64,000 bases of DNA from Epiperipatus broadwayi (GCA_028023455.1 JAQFVV010000007.1:14260001-14324000), one strand, 5' to 3'. Counted from the stretch's first letter, positions 38,490-52,222 are shown. The notes: generated from the letters alone by a model not told the origin. Numbers and translations: made by a program.

Positions 38490-39000
38490 CCTAGAAATAT
38501 ACCATTTTACCGGCCTTCACTCAACAAAAGAGGAAATTTTCTACATTATAAATGCAGAAATGAGTCCTCATGTTATGTTGGACCGAGGCGGTGGCGGCGA
38601 CAGAAGCTAACACAAATGAGACTTCTTTCTATGGTAAAACACAGAAAGAGTTCCCGATGGCTGTCGGTTATGGCTTTTTTTCTATGCTAAAAGCAAAGAG
38701 AAAGAAATACCATAGTAGTTAATTTTGTTCATCATTTTCTCATAATAGTAGAATATCTATTTTCTCTCTAGTTTCGTGTGAGAGTGTGTATTTGAAGCAG
38801 TTGTAGTTTTTTAAAATTTGATAAGACGTCTATTTTTTTTAATGTGTTATAACTTACTTTACTGTTGTAAGTTTAGTAATAATGTCCTGAAGATTCCATT
38901 ACAAATGGATAACCCTCAAAAATTGCTTTTAAGGGTGTGGAACGAAAAAAAAATTAAGGATCACGCAAAAAGTACCGTTTTCCCGAGAATTCGTCCGTGA
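38490..39000. promoter_or_regulatory. CpG/GC-rich candidate promoter and first-exon region
   Basis: GAGGCGGTGGCGGCG core, several CpGs, donor-like sites on both strands, short uORF-sized frames. Confidence 0.4.
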
Positions 39001-39029
39001 CAAGTTACTTTTGCTATATATATATATAC

Positions 39030-39500
39030 ACACAAACAAAAACAACCCAGTGTCTAATTATTAGGAATTACTTGTCCAAAAAAGAAAATTAGTCGGGTAT
39101 TATTATTATTATTTTTTTTTGTTACATTTATTATTTCAAAATAAGATTAGTTTTTATATCTACACACTAACAAAAACAACCCAGTTCCTGATTAATTACT
39201 GTCTTAAAAAAAAAAAAAAAAGAAAGCAAATTCAATGGGGTTTGGTTTTTTTCAATGGAGTATTTGAATTACGGTATTTATATATATATATAAGATTTAC
39301 CAAAAAAAAAAATCCACATTCTGATTAATTACTGTCAAAAGAAACACAAATTAGTTGGCTATCATTTTTAAATTTAGTATTTCAATAATGGTACCCTTTT
39401 TATATAGACAGAATTAACAAAAACAACCCACTTTCTGATTCATTACTGCCCCCCCCCCCCCAAAAAAAAAGAAAACGGAAATTAGTCGTGTATTATTTTT
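39030..39500. repeat. Diverged tandem array, 4 units of about 120-135 bp
   Basis: Recurring aacaaaaacaaccca..ctgattaattactg..aaattagt motif. Confidence 0.7.
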
Positions 39501-39625
39501 CAATTGAATCTTTCAATGACAGTCCTTACTAATAGTAGTTGGGTATCAATTCTAAATTGTAGTATATAAATGACATTGCTTTTGATAGATTTAGACTTAC
39601 GTATTGCTTTTTTAATAAAAATAAT

Positions 39626-40110
39626 TGATTTTTACTCTTGACCAAAAATATCGTAACTTTAAAAAAAGACACATAAAGTCCAAAAAAAAATGAGAAAAAG
39701 CCCCGTAACTTTAAAGACACACACACAAACTAAAACACAATCTAAGATTAATAAACATTGACTTATTTTGTCTTGCTTTTGAATCAAATGATTGATTTAC
39801 TCTTGCAAAAAAAAGTACCATAACTTTAAAAAGACACACATAAAGTCCCAAAAAAAATATTAGAAAAAGCCCCGTAACTTTAAAGACACACACACAAATT
39901 CAAAAACAAGATAAGATTAATAAACATTTACTTATTACGTCTTGCTTTTGAATAAAAGTATTGATTTACTCTTGCAAAAAAAAAAAAAAAAACGTAACTT
40001 TAAAAAGACACACATAAAGTCCAAAAAAAAAAAAGTTAGAAAAACACTGTAACTTTAAAAACATACACACACATAAACTCAAAACAAGATAAGATTAATA
40101 AACATTTACA
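39626..40110. repeat. Tandem satellite, about 3 units of about 165-170 bp
   Basis: ttgatttactcttg anchors at about 39626, 39792 and 39961; each unit has two cgtaactttaaa sub-repeats. Confidence 0.9.
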
Positions 40111-40738
40111 AAAATGAAAAAACTAACATCATATAATAATATTAGTTAGTAGAATATTTTATTACAAATCTAAGAAATCAGATCTTTTTAGATCAAATCA
40201 ATCATTTAGATCCGGCCCCGGAATTGTTATATGTATATGTTTTCGATTAGCATCAATGCCATCCCGTGGTGAACATCAAGGATGAGAAAACAACCCTAAT
40301 ATTAATACAAAGTCAGTTTTTATAGATGTAAATAATCACCAGCCACTCACAAACTTGAGTATGGCCATTTTAGTTTTAAAAAATAAAAGAAAGAAAGAAG
40401 AGAGAGTGAAAAAACTACTCTAGTGTTTTGTAATGATTATACAAACCAATCTGTGAACTACAAATATAAAACATGCTGGTCCATTTTTTTGTTTACTTGA
40501 TATTTTTTATAATGTTGACTTTTACCATTTTTCACAAAAATAAGACATAATCAGAAAATAAGTCCTAACATATTTTTTGAGGATGCTTATATTATAAGCC
40601 CTACTCCAAAAATAAGCTCTAATTAAGATCAGCAGCTTGCTTTTGTTTTCCCATTAGAACATAAGATGGTCATATTGAATTATAAAGTAATGAATATATA
40701 AACAAACAATATTATTCATATTAATGCTTTAAGTAAGT

Positions 40739-40925
40739 CTATGTGCCTAGATGCAACAATAGGGACCTTTACAAATCTTAACACAAGATTAACAACTTTA
40801 AAAGACAGGAGCAGCTGTTGTCTTTTAATGTTGTTAATCTTGTGTTAAGCGGATTTTGTCTTTTAAAGTCATTAATCTTGTGTTAAGATTTGTAGAGGTC
40901 CCTACTGTCACATCTAGGCACATAG
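40739..40925. repeat. Palindromic MITE-like element with internal duplication
   Basis: ctatgtgcctagatg / catctaggcacatag ends; about 31-bp duplicated segment in the right arm (40819-40849, 40857-40887). Confidence 0.85.
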
Positions 40926-42987
40926 TCTTAAGGTTATAGCCTTAATGTATATTATTTACATAATTAGTATGCACTTTACAAATTATTAATGCTTTAAATT
41001 AATGATAATATAAATTACATGGTCCTTCTATGCTTTCTCATCAACAATTTTTAATAAACATAATTCTACCTTTATAAACAATTTATCTACCACAAATCAA
41101 TATAACAGACCATTTATAATTTCATTTATATATATTTTAGATACTTATTTATGTTTAATACTTAGATTTAAAATGCTTGATTTAATTTAAAAGTTTTAGC
41201 ATGGTAGCTTTTAAATATTCAAGATAAAGAAAAAAAATTAGTTTGAATTTTTAAGCATCTTTTTGTCCTCCTGAAACACTTTATTAAAATGATGGAAATG
41301 ATTTTAATAATCAAAGTTTAGCTTAAGTTAAATCATCAATCTTTCTTCTAAAGAATTTTTTTTAAAAAAGAATAACCATGCAGAGCTTTTATAAGTAATT
41401 TGGAAAGTGTTTACAACTTGTGTATATGATAATGAATGATTGTTGCTGTTGCTGAGTCATATATGAATCATCATAATTCAGTACACCAAATGTTGTAATG
41501 GTTGTATTTAATGTGCACATGGGAAATACAGAAACATTTTCTGGATTTTTGTGCTTGCATTTTTTTATTACTATGGTATGGACAAACTATTCTTAACTGT
41601 AATCATTTTTATTACCATTCCTGTCTCACAAATCTTCAATAAAGACTTAATTTAATGGTAAATTGAAACAGAATCATATTCTGATTAGAGTATGAAAAGA
41701 AAGCTATTCTGGCAAGTTCAAGAAAGAATTTTTTTTTTTTTGGGGGGGGGGCAGTTCTCAGAATAAGATTCTTCCAGCTTTCTATAAAAAGAAGTATTTC
41801 GATAAATGTAGATTTTTGTACATGAATAAAATAAGACATTTCCTACAAATAAGCCCTGTAGTATCTTTTGGAGCAAAAATTAATATAAGACCCAGTCTTA
41901 TTTTTGAGGAAATGCTATAATTTTTTCAGCAGAAAACTTTTCTTTCTTAAATACATCAACCCCATGTCTAATCGTAGTGTTCCAATGTATACTAAACTCT
42001 AACATATCTTCTCAATGAAAACATGGGCATTGCACTTGTTTGGAATGTCTTTGAGCTTATTCTTATAATGTAGATGGGATCTACTTTTCCCATGAAAGTC
42101 ATACTCAAATTAACCATTAAACATCTTTTTAGGAAGGATTTCAGTGGCTCGTTCATTTTATATAGCTAATATAATGAAGATGTGATTTTACTATAGTGGA
42201 TTCAATAGTATCACATCCAGAAAGCTGAAAACCTTTGATAGATTTATGATATTGACATTGTATTTTTAAAAATTTTATGAAGCAAATTTAAATAAAATTG
42301 TCTAATGCTTTTATATTGTGCTAGTAGGATGTTTAAGTTTAAATTAGTTAAAATAACAGCTGTACATGCAGCCAACTTAGTTCCAGTAGTTATTACCCTG
42401 TGAAGAAACACCCTAACTTTTAATCTCAACATCTAAGTCCACTTTATTCCTTATAAATTTATTAAGATATTTCATGTATTCAAAGCTTAAGGTATATGTA
42501 AATTAAAGAGAAAGTACTGTTCACTTCAGTTTAATTTATATATATTAAATTAAATAAAATGTCTGTTTTTGAATAATTATTGTAATAATATTGTGATAAA
42601 AATAATAAAGTATAATTGTGATAATATATTTCACAAATAATTATGATAAAACACAGAAATACTTTTAGTTCATTTCTTATCCGTCTTCAACTGATTTCTT
42701 CTTTGTTTTGTATCACTGTAGTCTCTTGATATGTTGTTTAATAAGTAATTTAATGGTTATTTGTGTCTGCTTATAAATATGTTATTTATAAAGAAAAATA
42801 ATTACTAATTTACAAATCCATTTTAACACTAATTGACTTCTGAAATTAATTGCTTAATTTTCTTGTACAGTATTTAACAATTTATTTAACTTTTACAATA
42901 TATCTAATATTATAGATAAAATGTATTTAATAAAAAATATGTAATATAAATAAAATATCCCAGTTAATTAAAACAAAATTGTGATCA

Positions 42988-43208
42988 TAATAAAAACAAT
43001 AAATTTAACGGTAATAAACTATTAAAAACAGTCTTTAAATCTGCTGCAAGTACTTTCTGTTAATTTCTTAAACCTACCTCAACTGCCTTTTTTTTTAAAA
43101 AATTTAATGGCAGCTGAGGCAGGTTTAAGAAATTAACCAAAAGTACTACTGCAGATTTAAAGACTGTTTTTAATAGTTTATTGCCGTTAAATTTATTATT
43201 TTTATTAT
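42988..43208. repeat. Long palindrome (about 100-bp arms, about 20-nt spacer), MITE-like
   Basis: aaatttaacggtaataaactattaaaaacagtctttaaatctgc... is mirrored at about 43109-43208. Confidence 0.85.
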
Positions 43209-44183
43209 AATTAATAAAATATATATATATTTTACAAATATTATGTTCCATACATAAAACATTTAGATAAATCTAATAAAATACATATAAATAATATGTT
43301 GTATATACTATGGCAAAGCTGTCCAAAACATGGTCTGGGTGTTGCAAATGGTCTGTGGTAAGGATTTACGCAACCTGTCCACAAGTTTTGATATTTTGAA
43401 TAAAAATATAAAATGAATTGAATGTTTATTAGATATTTTAATTTTACCATTAATCAAAAATATTGATGTTGATATTATTGTCTAGTGATTTACGTCATTG
43501 TATACTCATACATTTGTCATATGTAGATGAGTCAAAGAATGACCTGTTTTGAGTATTTATAGTGGACTTGCATATGATTATTAGTATATGTTTATTGTTT
43601 CTTTAATATTTCTTTCTGTATGCTCTTGTAGTGATATTAATCCCAAACAGAGACAATTTAAATAAAAATGTTATTCTGGTTAACTAGAAGGATTTACATT
43701 GTATGATTTTTTTTTACTTTAACGAAAATATTACCACAAATATATTGTAGGAAAGTTCCCAAGCCATCCGTGTACAAACTACCTGTTCATTATCACATAA
43801 TTATAAGCCTTCAGAAAATTTTCAGGATGCTACAGATAACCAGAGAATTAAATAAATATTAGCATGTTATCTGTGTGTGCTTGTTTTTTTTTTTTTAATA
43901 TATTGTAAGCTTTTTAGATTTTGCACTGTTTATTTTTAGTTTATTTGGTTTTATTTGAGGATTTATTAATGACCCACATTACATTAACCCGACTTCCTAG
44001 AAATACATAGTGTTGGATTATTTCAACAAAAAAAGTTTTCTGTTGAAGATAAAAGACAGTATCACAAACTATCAAATAAAAATATAATTGTATTTATGCT
44101 TTTGGTTAAAAATAACTTGATACATATCCCTATGTGTTTGAAAAGGAAGGTTTTTAATAAATGTGTTTTACTAATTCTTACTT

Positions 44184-44585
44184 ATGACTTGGACACTTAA
44201 TAGAAGAGCAATACAGAGACTTCAGATCACTCAAAGAAATACGGAGAAATGCATGTTAGGAGTAACAAGAAAAGATCGAAAACGTAATGTATGGGTAAGA
44301 GAACAAACAGGTGTTACTGACCTCATTGAAAAAATTAAAAGACTGAAGTTTGGGATGAACATATTGCTAGAACAGATGATAATAGATGGTCAATTGAAAT
44401 CTTAAACTGGATTCCAAGAGCTTGTAAAAGACCCAGAAAGAGACCACATGTGAGATGGATGGATGAAATAAGAAAGTGTGTGGGGATGATGTGGAGAAGA
44501 GAAGCTAAAGATAGGACAAGATGGATTGAACTTGGAGAGACCTTCATCCTGCAGTGTACTGATAACGGTTGATGATGATGATGCT
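44184..44585 (+). mobile_element. RTE-clade LINE 3' fragment with (GAT)n tail
   Basis: TWTLNRRAIQRLQITQRNTEKCMLGVTRKDRKRNVWVREQTGVTDLIEKIKRLK; very similar to the 31.5 kb copy. Confidence 0.9.
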
Positions 44586-44720
44586 CCACAGAAGATTTGT
44601 GTAGTCATTACAAAATTCATCTTTGGTATAGTATTGTTTCATGCGTATAATTTTGACGAGCTATATGCAGGTTTAATTATTATTGTTATTTATATAAATA
44701 ACACTTACAAAAAAGAAAAG

Positions 44721-44801
44721 CATAAGAAGTTTGAGCACCAGACCTCTGAACGCCAGAATCGATATCAAGTTGGTCGCGCTACCAACTGAGCCAAACCGCG
44801 C
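44721..44801 (-). mobile_element. tRNA-derived SINE head, internally deleted
   Basis: Minus strand GGTTTGGCTCAGTTGGTAGCGCG A-box; 3' part shared with 26963. Confidence 0.65.
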
Positions 44802-45059
44802 AAGGTATATAATAATGTTTAAATTAATTTATTCAATGCTCATTTAATTCGGTCATTTAATGTGTTTTTTTCTACTAAAATGAAAAATGTCATTTATTAT
44901 TGTTGTTGGGATCCATAAAAATGGAAATAGTAGCTTGATACGGACAGTTATTGGTTAACCTTTATAAATATTTAAAGCCACTCCAGCCATTGTTAAAAAT
45001 CATTTTACTGTTTTTTTGTTTTTGTCCTAACGATTTTTATTTTTTAAGCCAAGACCTAG

Positions 45060-45180
45060 TGGACATGTTCTTCTATCAGCTTTACTCTTAAAACATGAAG
45101 TAATTAAAATGGCGATCTGCCGAAAAAAGAAAATAGTGTTTGGCCTTAGGCCGTGGCTTACTACTCTTTATATGCGTAAT
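45060..45180 (+). promoter_or_regulatory. Candidate first exon with AAAATGGCG (YY1-type motif / start codon at 45109)
   Basis: CpG-retaining region with donor-like ATGC|GTAATT; no downstream exon could be linked. Confidence 0.25.
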
Positions 45181-45875
45181 TGGACTCTTATTAGTCATGT
45201 AAGCCTAGTTTTTTTATTCTTCTTCTTTATTATTATTACCATTAGCTTTAACAAAAAAAAACATTTACACATGATTGATAACAAAATAAAAAAAAAGAAT
45301 TGGTAATAAAAACTTGGATTAGTTAATATAAAAAGAAAATCAATTGGCATTAACCTTTCAATAAAATCAATATCAATACAGATTATTTTAAAGCAGCAAG
45401 TAAAAAAGAGAACAGAAATAAAGAGTAGACCATTTTGTAGCTTTAATTAATATTATATATTACTTTATATTGAATTATTATCATTTATTGCGAATTTATG
45501 CAATTACTTGTTCGGAATTTCATATGGGGTTTAGCACTAGAAAAGACAGTTTGAGCTTTGATTCTGAACCTATAGTTCAAACACTGTCATAGATGAACTG
45601 CCCATGGCTACATTTTAGATGTGGATTAATAATATATAATTCGTAATTAAAAATAAAAAACTTGCCGTCTTCTATTGGAAATTCTTTTGTCTGGCGATAT
45701 ACTATGAGTTAATAAATCTCACACACAAACACTAAGAATAAATGATGTGCTCTGATATCCACTTTTTTTTTTTAACAAACGTAATTATTATTTATTTAAT
45801 CTTATGACCAGCTCTGGCATCTTTCAAATGTTCTGAAAGCCTGCAATATGTAATAATGAACTGATCTTTTGTAAA

Positions 45876-45949
45876 GAGATGGTGGCCGAGTGGTTAGCAC
45901 AACTGCCTTGTAAGCAGTTGTCCCGGGGGTTCGCTTCCCGGCCGACGCT
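45876..45949 (+). pseudogene. tRNA-Thr(UGU)-like pseudogene or SINE head
   Basis: TGGCCGAGTGG A-box, anticodon arm AACTGC-CTTGTAA-GCAGTT, GGTTCG B-box. Acceptor and T stems are imperfect. Confidence 0.6.
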
Positions 45950-48900
45950 TTGACACATAAAAAAAAAAGAGAAAGATGGCTTGAATCGATATAGTAGCTG
46001 AGAACATTCTTACATTGCAGTTGTGATATTTCAGTTAAAGTAACAAATTTTACCACAATGTAATTCCTTCCAATTAACCAGAATGATGTATTTTTTTAAA
46101 GTAGTCTCACTTTGGAGTTATCAAAATCCTACACATTATGCCTTAGTAAAAAATGGATAAATTTTACAGTTGCCCCAAACATGCACTATTTATAAGACTT
46201 TAAGAAGGGGAAATAATGAAAAGTGGAAAAAGCAAGAGCCAGAAAAAATTGGATAAATAGTTTGTAATTATCTGCATATAGGTATATAAAAAATTATAAC
46301 CATATTGTTATACTCATAATTCAATACAACTTCAAATCACTAATGGTAATTCAACTGATTCTCACTTGTCTAAGATGATATAAAAACATTTATACTTTAA
46401 GATCCACAAATAAATACAAAATTTAAATAAAATAGTATTAAAATTCTAATTTCAATGGTATTTCGGATAATTTAAATTTAAGATATGTTTGTGATTGTTT
46501 AAATATATGCATCTTTATGTAATCATAGACAAGCTAGCACAAGTTGAACTACCATTTTCTAATTATTGCTAAACAATTATAGACAAGTTTGAAAAAAGTT
46601 TTCACATTAAGTTTTTCTTGTCAGTTAAATTTATATTACCATCAAAAATATTATAGGCACAATCAAATTTACTTCATTATAATGACTTTCTGTTTTTTTA
46701 CTTTTTACATATCCTCCACCAGATATTAGAAGAAAAATTATTTTACAGAAAATGTCTAAACGGCTGTTAGGCAAATCAGTTTGTCAATATTTCAAGATAA
46801 GGTTTCACCTCCTAAGACTAATTTCAAATCAAGTTCCCATTTTGGAAATTAATGTTATACTTCACTAGCAGTTATATTGGATTTTTGGAAATTTTGTTTC
46901 AATACACATTTTTTATGATAACTTCACATTGCAATGTAAGTAGTGTATGTTACCAAAAAAAAAACAATAGACCAAGAAATGAAACAAAATTGAAAAAAAT
47001 ATAGTCATTATATGTTAAAAATATTCCAAAAAAAAAAAAAATGAATTTAACATTTTTAAAAATTATTATTTTAATATTTCTTCATAAATTTTAAATTTTA
47101 ATGGGTAAATTTTTAAATTATAATTTTATTAACATGTTTATTACATTTCTTACAAAATTTCCAATAAAATGATGTAGAGCATGACTTATCTAAGACTTCA
47201 TTATTCCAAAACATCAAAGAATAGGGACATTTGTATTTTTAATTTTTCCTAACAGTCCACAGCTATTCTTTCCTTGTAAGTGTCTATATATAATCAGTAA
47301 AAAGAACATGGTAGGAAAAGACGTAAATCTAAAACAGTGTTTAGGTTGTAAATGGCTCAGATACAATACATGTGTGGCTAAACAGAGAAAAAATGATTAA
47401 GATTTAGGGCAATGGTGCAGGTTATTAATAATAGTGCTATTTTTTATGTCTTACTTTTCACCTAATGAAAAAATTTTACTATTAGGTAGAATCCATCTAA
47501 AGTATAAAATCAAGTGATTACTATAAAATTATTGCTTACTAATAATTAAATGTTACTGTAACAATGCAGCAAAGGTATAAAAAACATATAAGAAAATGTA
47601 AATGTAACTTACCTATTAAAACTATTCCTGACTTATACTCTTCTAATCACAAATTTAAAGCATCAATACATCAAGATGTTGGTGGAGCATGTGCAACAAT
47701 AAACACTCTTGAATAAAACTAAGTGAAATGGAGTTTGAATAGGTGCATTTGTTTATTTCAGCTTCAGTTGATAACCAATAAAATGGTCTCAGAAATTTTA
47801 TTGCATGTATTAAACTATCACTCCTCAGTCAAAAAAAATTTTATGCCTTTTTTAAAACAAACAACCCATCTCTTTTTTTTAATATTATGAAAGTCATGCA
47901 CATCTGATGAAACTGCACATCAGAATCTGTAGTTTTATCTATGAAAAAGTCCATGTGGCACACATATCCACTATGGCTATCTGCACAGATCCATAATTTG
48001 AACCCTCATTCATTATGGATATTTGAGTCATCAAATTATTTAATCTTACTCTGATCAGTAAATTTCTTAATAGTTTTATTAGCTATCACCTCTTTATGCA
48101 TCGGTAAGCAGCTCTAAAACTTATATTATGTGATCATATAGGGTGGTCGCACAAATAAGATTGATCTAAATTTTATCGCAATCTTTTATTATTGTTAAAA
48201 TTTACATAAGAAAATATATGAAAAGGATCATAACTTTGGAAACATAAAAATGGCTGTTTATTGTCAAAACTCCTGATTTTCTCTAATCTATACACACATA
48301 GGTGATCTACAAGGAGTGCCTATTATTGTGACAAAAATCTTAATCTCAAACTTTTCTTATATTTGTTAATATTATAAATATTTTTTTATATATTTTTATA
48401 TGAAATAATTATTGAAAAAATAAATAAATATTTATGAGTAATTGAAAGCATAAGCCTTAATAAATGTTCAACAATAAAACTCATTCTGATCAAATCAGAA
48501 AAAAGAACCAATGGTAAAGACAATCAGTCCATTTCTGGAAGAAGATGGTCTGCTAATATATTGTTTTTAATAGGAACCATAAACTACTATTACTTCTGAG
48601 AAATCACTAGTAGAAAATTACACGAAAGTTTAATCCTTCAGTCCCACATGTAAAAATCACTGCTCATATTTGAATAGGTTAAATAAACTATTATTCTCCA
48701 CTGTAAATTTCTGGATAAACCTTAAATCATAATAATAAACAAAGTGAAAAAAATATGATGTTTGAAAACTTCATCATAAAATCAGCATTGTTTATGATAG
48801 AGAAATAAAAATATATTTTCTAACAAGAGAATGGAAGAGAAATCAAATGACATAAAGTACACATGCATACTGTCCAGGGTTTTTATGCTATTGTAAGTTG

Positions 48901-49644
48901 AAGCCGATAGTCACTACTTTCAAAAAGAAAATGTTTTTTATGCATTGACAAAATGTTATTAGTTAAATCATGAATCTACAGTCAAAAAATTATAGCATTA
49001 AAAGTGGAATTCTTATGATGTTCTAAAAAATTGTTATTTCATATTCAATAAAAGGGTTAAATTTGATTTATCTAATGGAAGGGAATCTCACCAATAGGTT
49101 CAGGGCAATACATATTGCATTTAGATATTAAAAATGAAATTTACTGATTATTGATTTATGTAGTTGTGGTAAAACACAAATTATTAATGTCATTGTTTTG
49201 TGGTTATAGTAATAGAACTGAAGAACTTAATAAAGTTAGTGGTGAATTTATTTCCTATAAGGAATCTTTACAAGTTGCTTAACAATATTTTGTTAATATT
49301 TAAACTGACAAAAACAATCATGCAGTAAATAAATAAATAGACAAGTAGATTGAAATTGTAGTGGATTGTGATATCATTATAATTCTTTATTTCCCCATTC
49401 AACATTATATATGAATGTTATATGCATATAAAAAGTAATTCACAATATTGATATATTCATAGTATTATTTCTGAAAGCTTCCGTGTAATAAAAATATAAT
49501 AGCTAATTAGCTGACATTTTATTACAATAACAAGTACATTCCTCAGAGTTTCTTCTTTCCCAAAACTATGAATTGATTTATTTGTAAGAATATTAGAATT
49601 AACACATATATGTGTAATAGTTAAAAGCATGTTGTATATTGGTT

Positions 49645-50020
49645 ATACTAAACTTAATATAATTAGAAGGGACTTAAACTCAGAATTCAAGCTCACTATA
49701 AGTATTCATTCTATCTTATACAATTGATACAAATGATCACATACATGTGAAAAAGATAAATAATCTCCAGTATAACTATTTCATCGCTGAACCAAAACTC
49801 ATCAGTTGGTCCATATTGCAATCTCCCACACATATATACAATCAGTGTTCAGTTTATATTAGGATAGAAAATCTTCAAACTTGAATGGATAAGCTCAGCT
49901 GTCCATATCATTGATAATGCTCAAAGCTCTTGTTGATGCCAATATTATTGTGATACCAATGTTGACTTTAAGTCACTCTGACACCTCACATATAGGAGAT
50001 CAATATGTCCATTTAAATAT
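49645..50020 (-). mobile_element. Family 1 repeat copy, decayed HHR
   Basis: 49810-49766 ACCAA-CTGATGA-GTTTTGGTTCAGCGAT-GAAA-TAGTTA-TA-CTGGA, with both upstream body and tRNA-like tail. Confidence 0.75.
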
Positions 50021-50114
50021 ACAGAAGAAGGATGAACAGAATACAGGCTAAATATGTATTATTTAAATACATGTACATTGTCTATAGTAAGCTTAATGTA
50101 ATTAGAATGACTAT

Positions 50115-51050
50115 ACTAAATTTAATGTAATTAGAAGGGACTTGACTTCAGTCCCTACAATTATTCACTCTATCTTATACAACTGATACAAATGACCTTA
50201 TACATATGAAAAAGATAAATGATCAACCAATACTCATCAGTATATTTACATTTGTATATTTAAATGGATATAGTAATGATCTATATGTAAGGGGTCAGAG
50301 TGACTTAAAGTCAACATAGACATGACAATAATATTGACATCAACAAGGGCTTTGAGCATTACATTCCATATTTTTAATGATATGGATGGCTGAAGAGTTG
50401 AAGGGTTTAGAAGATTGAAGCTTGTCCATTACTTTTTTTTTTCTTAAATTTTTTTTCCACCCCAAAACCCCCCCCCCCACACCCCCCCCAACCCATACAA
50501 ACCAAAGAACCCCCAAAAAAAAAACAAAAAAAACAAAAAAAAAAAAAAAAAAAAAAGAAAAAAAAACAAAAACAAAAACCACCCCCCACACACCCCCCCC
50601 CCACAACAACCAAACGTAAGATTTATTTTTTTTTTTTTTTATTTAATGAGAGGTGAATTTAAACAAAAAAAAGAGAGGGAGAAAAAAAAAAAAAAAAAAA
50701 ATAAAAAAGAAAAAAAATTAAAATTTTATTTTTTTTTATTTTTAATAAATATTTTAAAAATATTTTCTCATTTAACATAAAAAAAGAAGAATATAAATAA
50801 ATTTTTGTAATAAAATAAAAAATTTATTATAAAATTTAGGCTTGAATTTTTTTTGGGGAAAAAAAGGCTCAGGTCTCTATGGGTTAAGTTTGAAGATTTT
50901 CTCTATTAAACAAACTGAAGCACTGATTGGCTATATGTGTGAAGAGATCATAAGCTTGACCTACTGATGAGTGCTGATTTAGCATGAAATACTCATTGGA
51001 GATCATTTATCTTTTTTTACATGTATGTGGCCATGTAAATCAGTTTTAAA
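50115..51050. mobile_element. Head-to-head family 1 pair (minus about 50115-50240, plus about 50250-51050) split by a low-complexity block
   Basis: Plus copy has CTGATGA-GTGCT(GATTT)AGCAT-GAAA at 50964-50989 with damaged stems I and III; the minus copy has the core internally deleted. Confidence 0.7.
50432..50880. other. Homopolymer-rich low-complexity block, possibly poorly polished sequence
   Basis: Alternating C, A and T runs inserted between two segments that are contiguous in other family 1 copies. Confidence 0.7.
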
Positions 51051-51903
51051 TATATATTATAAATACAATGATATTTAAATAGTAAATGTTGTTACAGTAA
51101 TAGATGTTACAGTAATAGACACTCCCATCTTAAAATTTACCAATAGATAAGAAGAAATGAAATCACTTTCTTATTGGTTCTCTTTATATATAAAGAAGAT
51201 TGTCTTGAATACTGTGAGTCACCCATGCTTGATTTATTGTGTCATAATGCAAAAACATGCATAGCATCACTGATTAGTAGATTATTTGATTCCAGGCATT
51301 TCAGAGTGTAATTAACTTTTTTATTGTGTCTGGAAGAAAAATTGTAATTTTCAGTAATTTATTTCCTTATTTAAGCTTATTTATGCAAAATATTTTTAAA
51401 ATATTTATTTAAAACCAAAAAACTTGATAATTAAAAATAGATTTTATTTGAAAATATTTGTTTTTATGAAAATATATCATCAAGCAAAAGCTGTTTTATG
51501 CACTAACAAGAATTGCTTTCATAAATGCCAATGCCAAAGCTTTTTGTGAATATTTAATAACAATATTTGTGAATTTTTAAATGATATTTTCATGCTTTGA
51601 GAATGTGTCAATTATAGTGCCATTTTAAAAATGGAATTCCCATAAGAAATATTTTATTTAATAATTTTTATGAATATTAATATTATGATCTAATACAAAA
51701 GAGCAAGTATGACCAAAATTATTACTAGGGTCATTCAAATATAAATGGGAGGAGTTGGATTTTAAATGAATTAAAGTAAAACTTGAAGGAAGTAAAAAAA
51801 ACTGATATATGTTACTTGCAAAAGTAATGCTTTCATTCTTAAACACTACTCTGATCATTGCACAAAACATCACATACTCAATAAGACATCATATAACCTA
51901 AAG

Positions 51904-52222
51904 CAGGGGTCACCAAACATTTTTGATCACAGATCCCTATATAATTTTTCGAAATCTCCATCGACCCCCAAAAAAGTAATTTTCAGTTAATTAAAATAAA
52001 ACTATCTATTAGGTACTGTGTTTGTACATTTATTTTATGATTTTAAACATTTATTAAAGTAATTTTACATTGTGTAACAATAGTTTTATGAAAAATATGT
52101 GTGATTTGCATATTAAGAATTGTTTTTCCTTCAACCCCCAATCGACCCCCTGGCTCAGACCAACCCCTACTTTTGTTAAAAAGACCCCTGGGGGTCTATA
52201 TAGACCACTTTGGTGACCTCTG
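51904..52222. mobile_element. hAT-type MITE
   Basis: TIRs CAGGGGTCACCAAA / TTTGGTGACCTCTG (1 mismatch); TSD ACCTAAAG / ACCTAAAA (7 of 8). Confidence 0.88.

Noticed and set aside
38520-38575. Minus-strand in-frame TGA after LFC as a possible selenocysteine codon
   Set aside because: No selenoprotein-family motif and no SECIS identified.
47911-47940. CTGATGAAAC as a possible hammerhead core
   Set aside because: No stem II between CTGATGA and GAAA, and no stem I.
50340-50619. Three overlapping ORFs rich in F, G, K and P
   Set aside because: Products of homopolymer runs.
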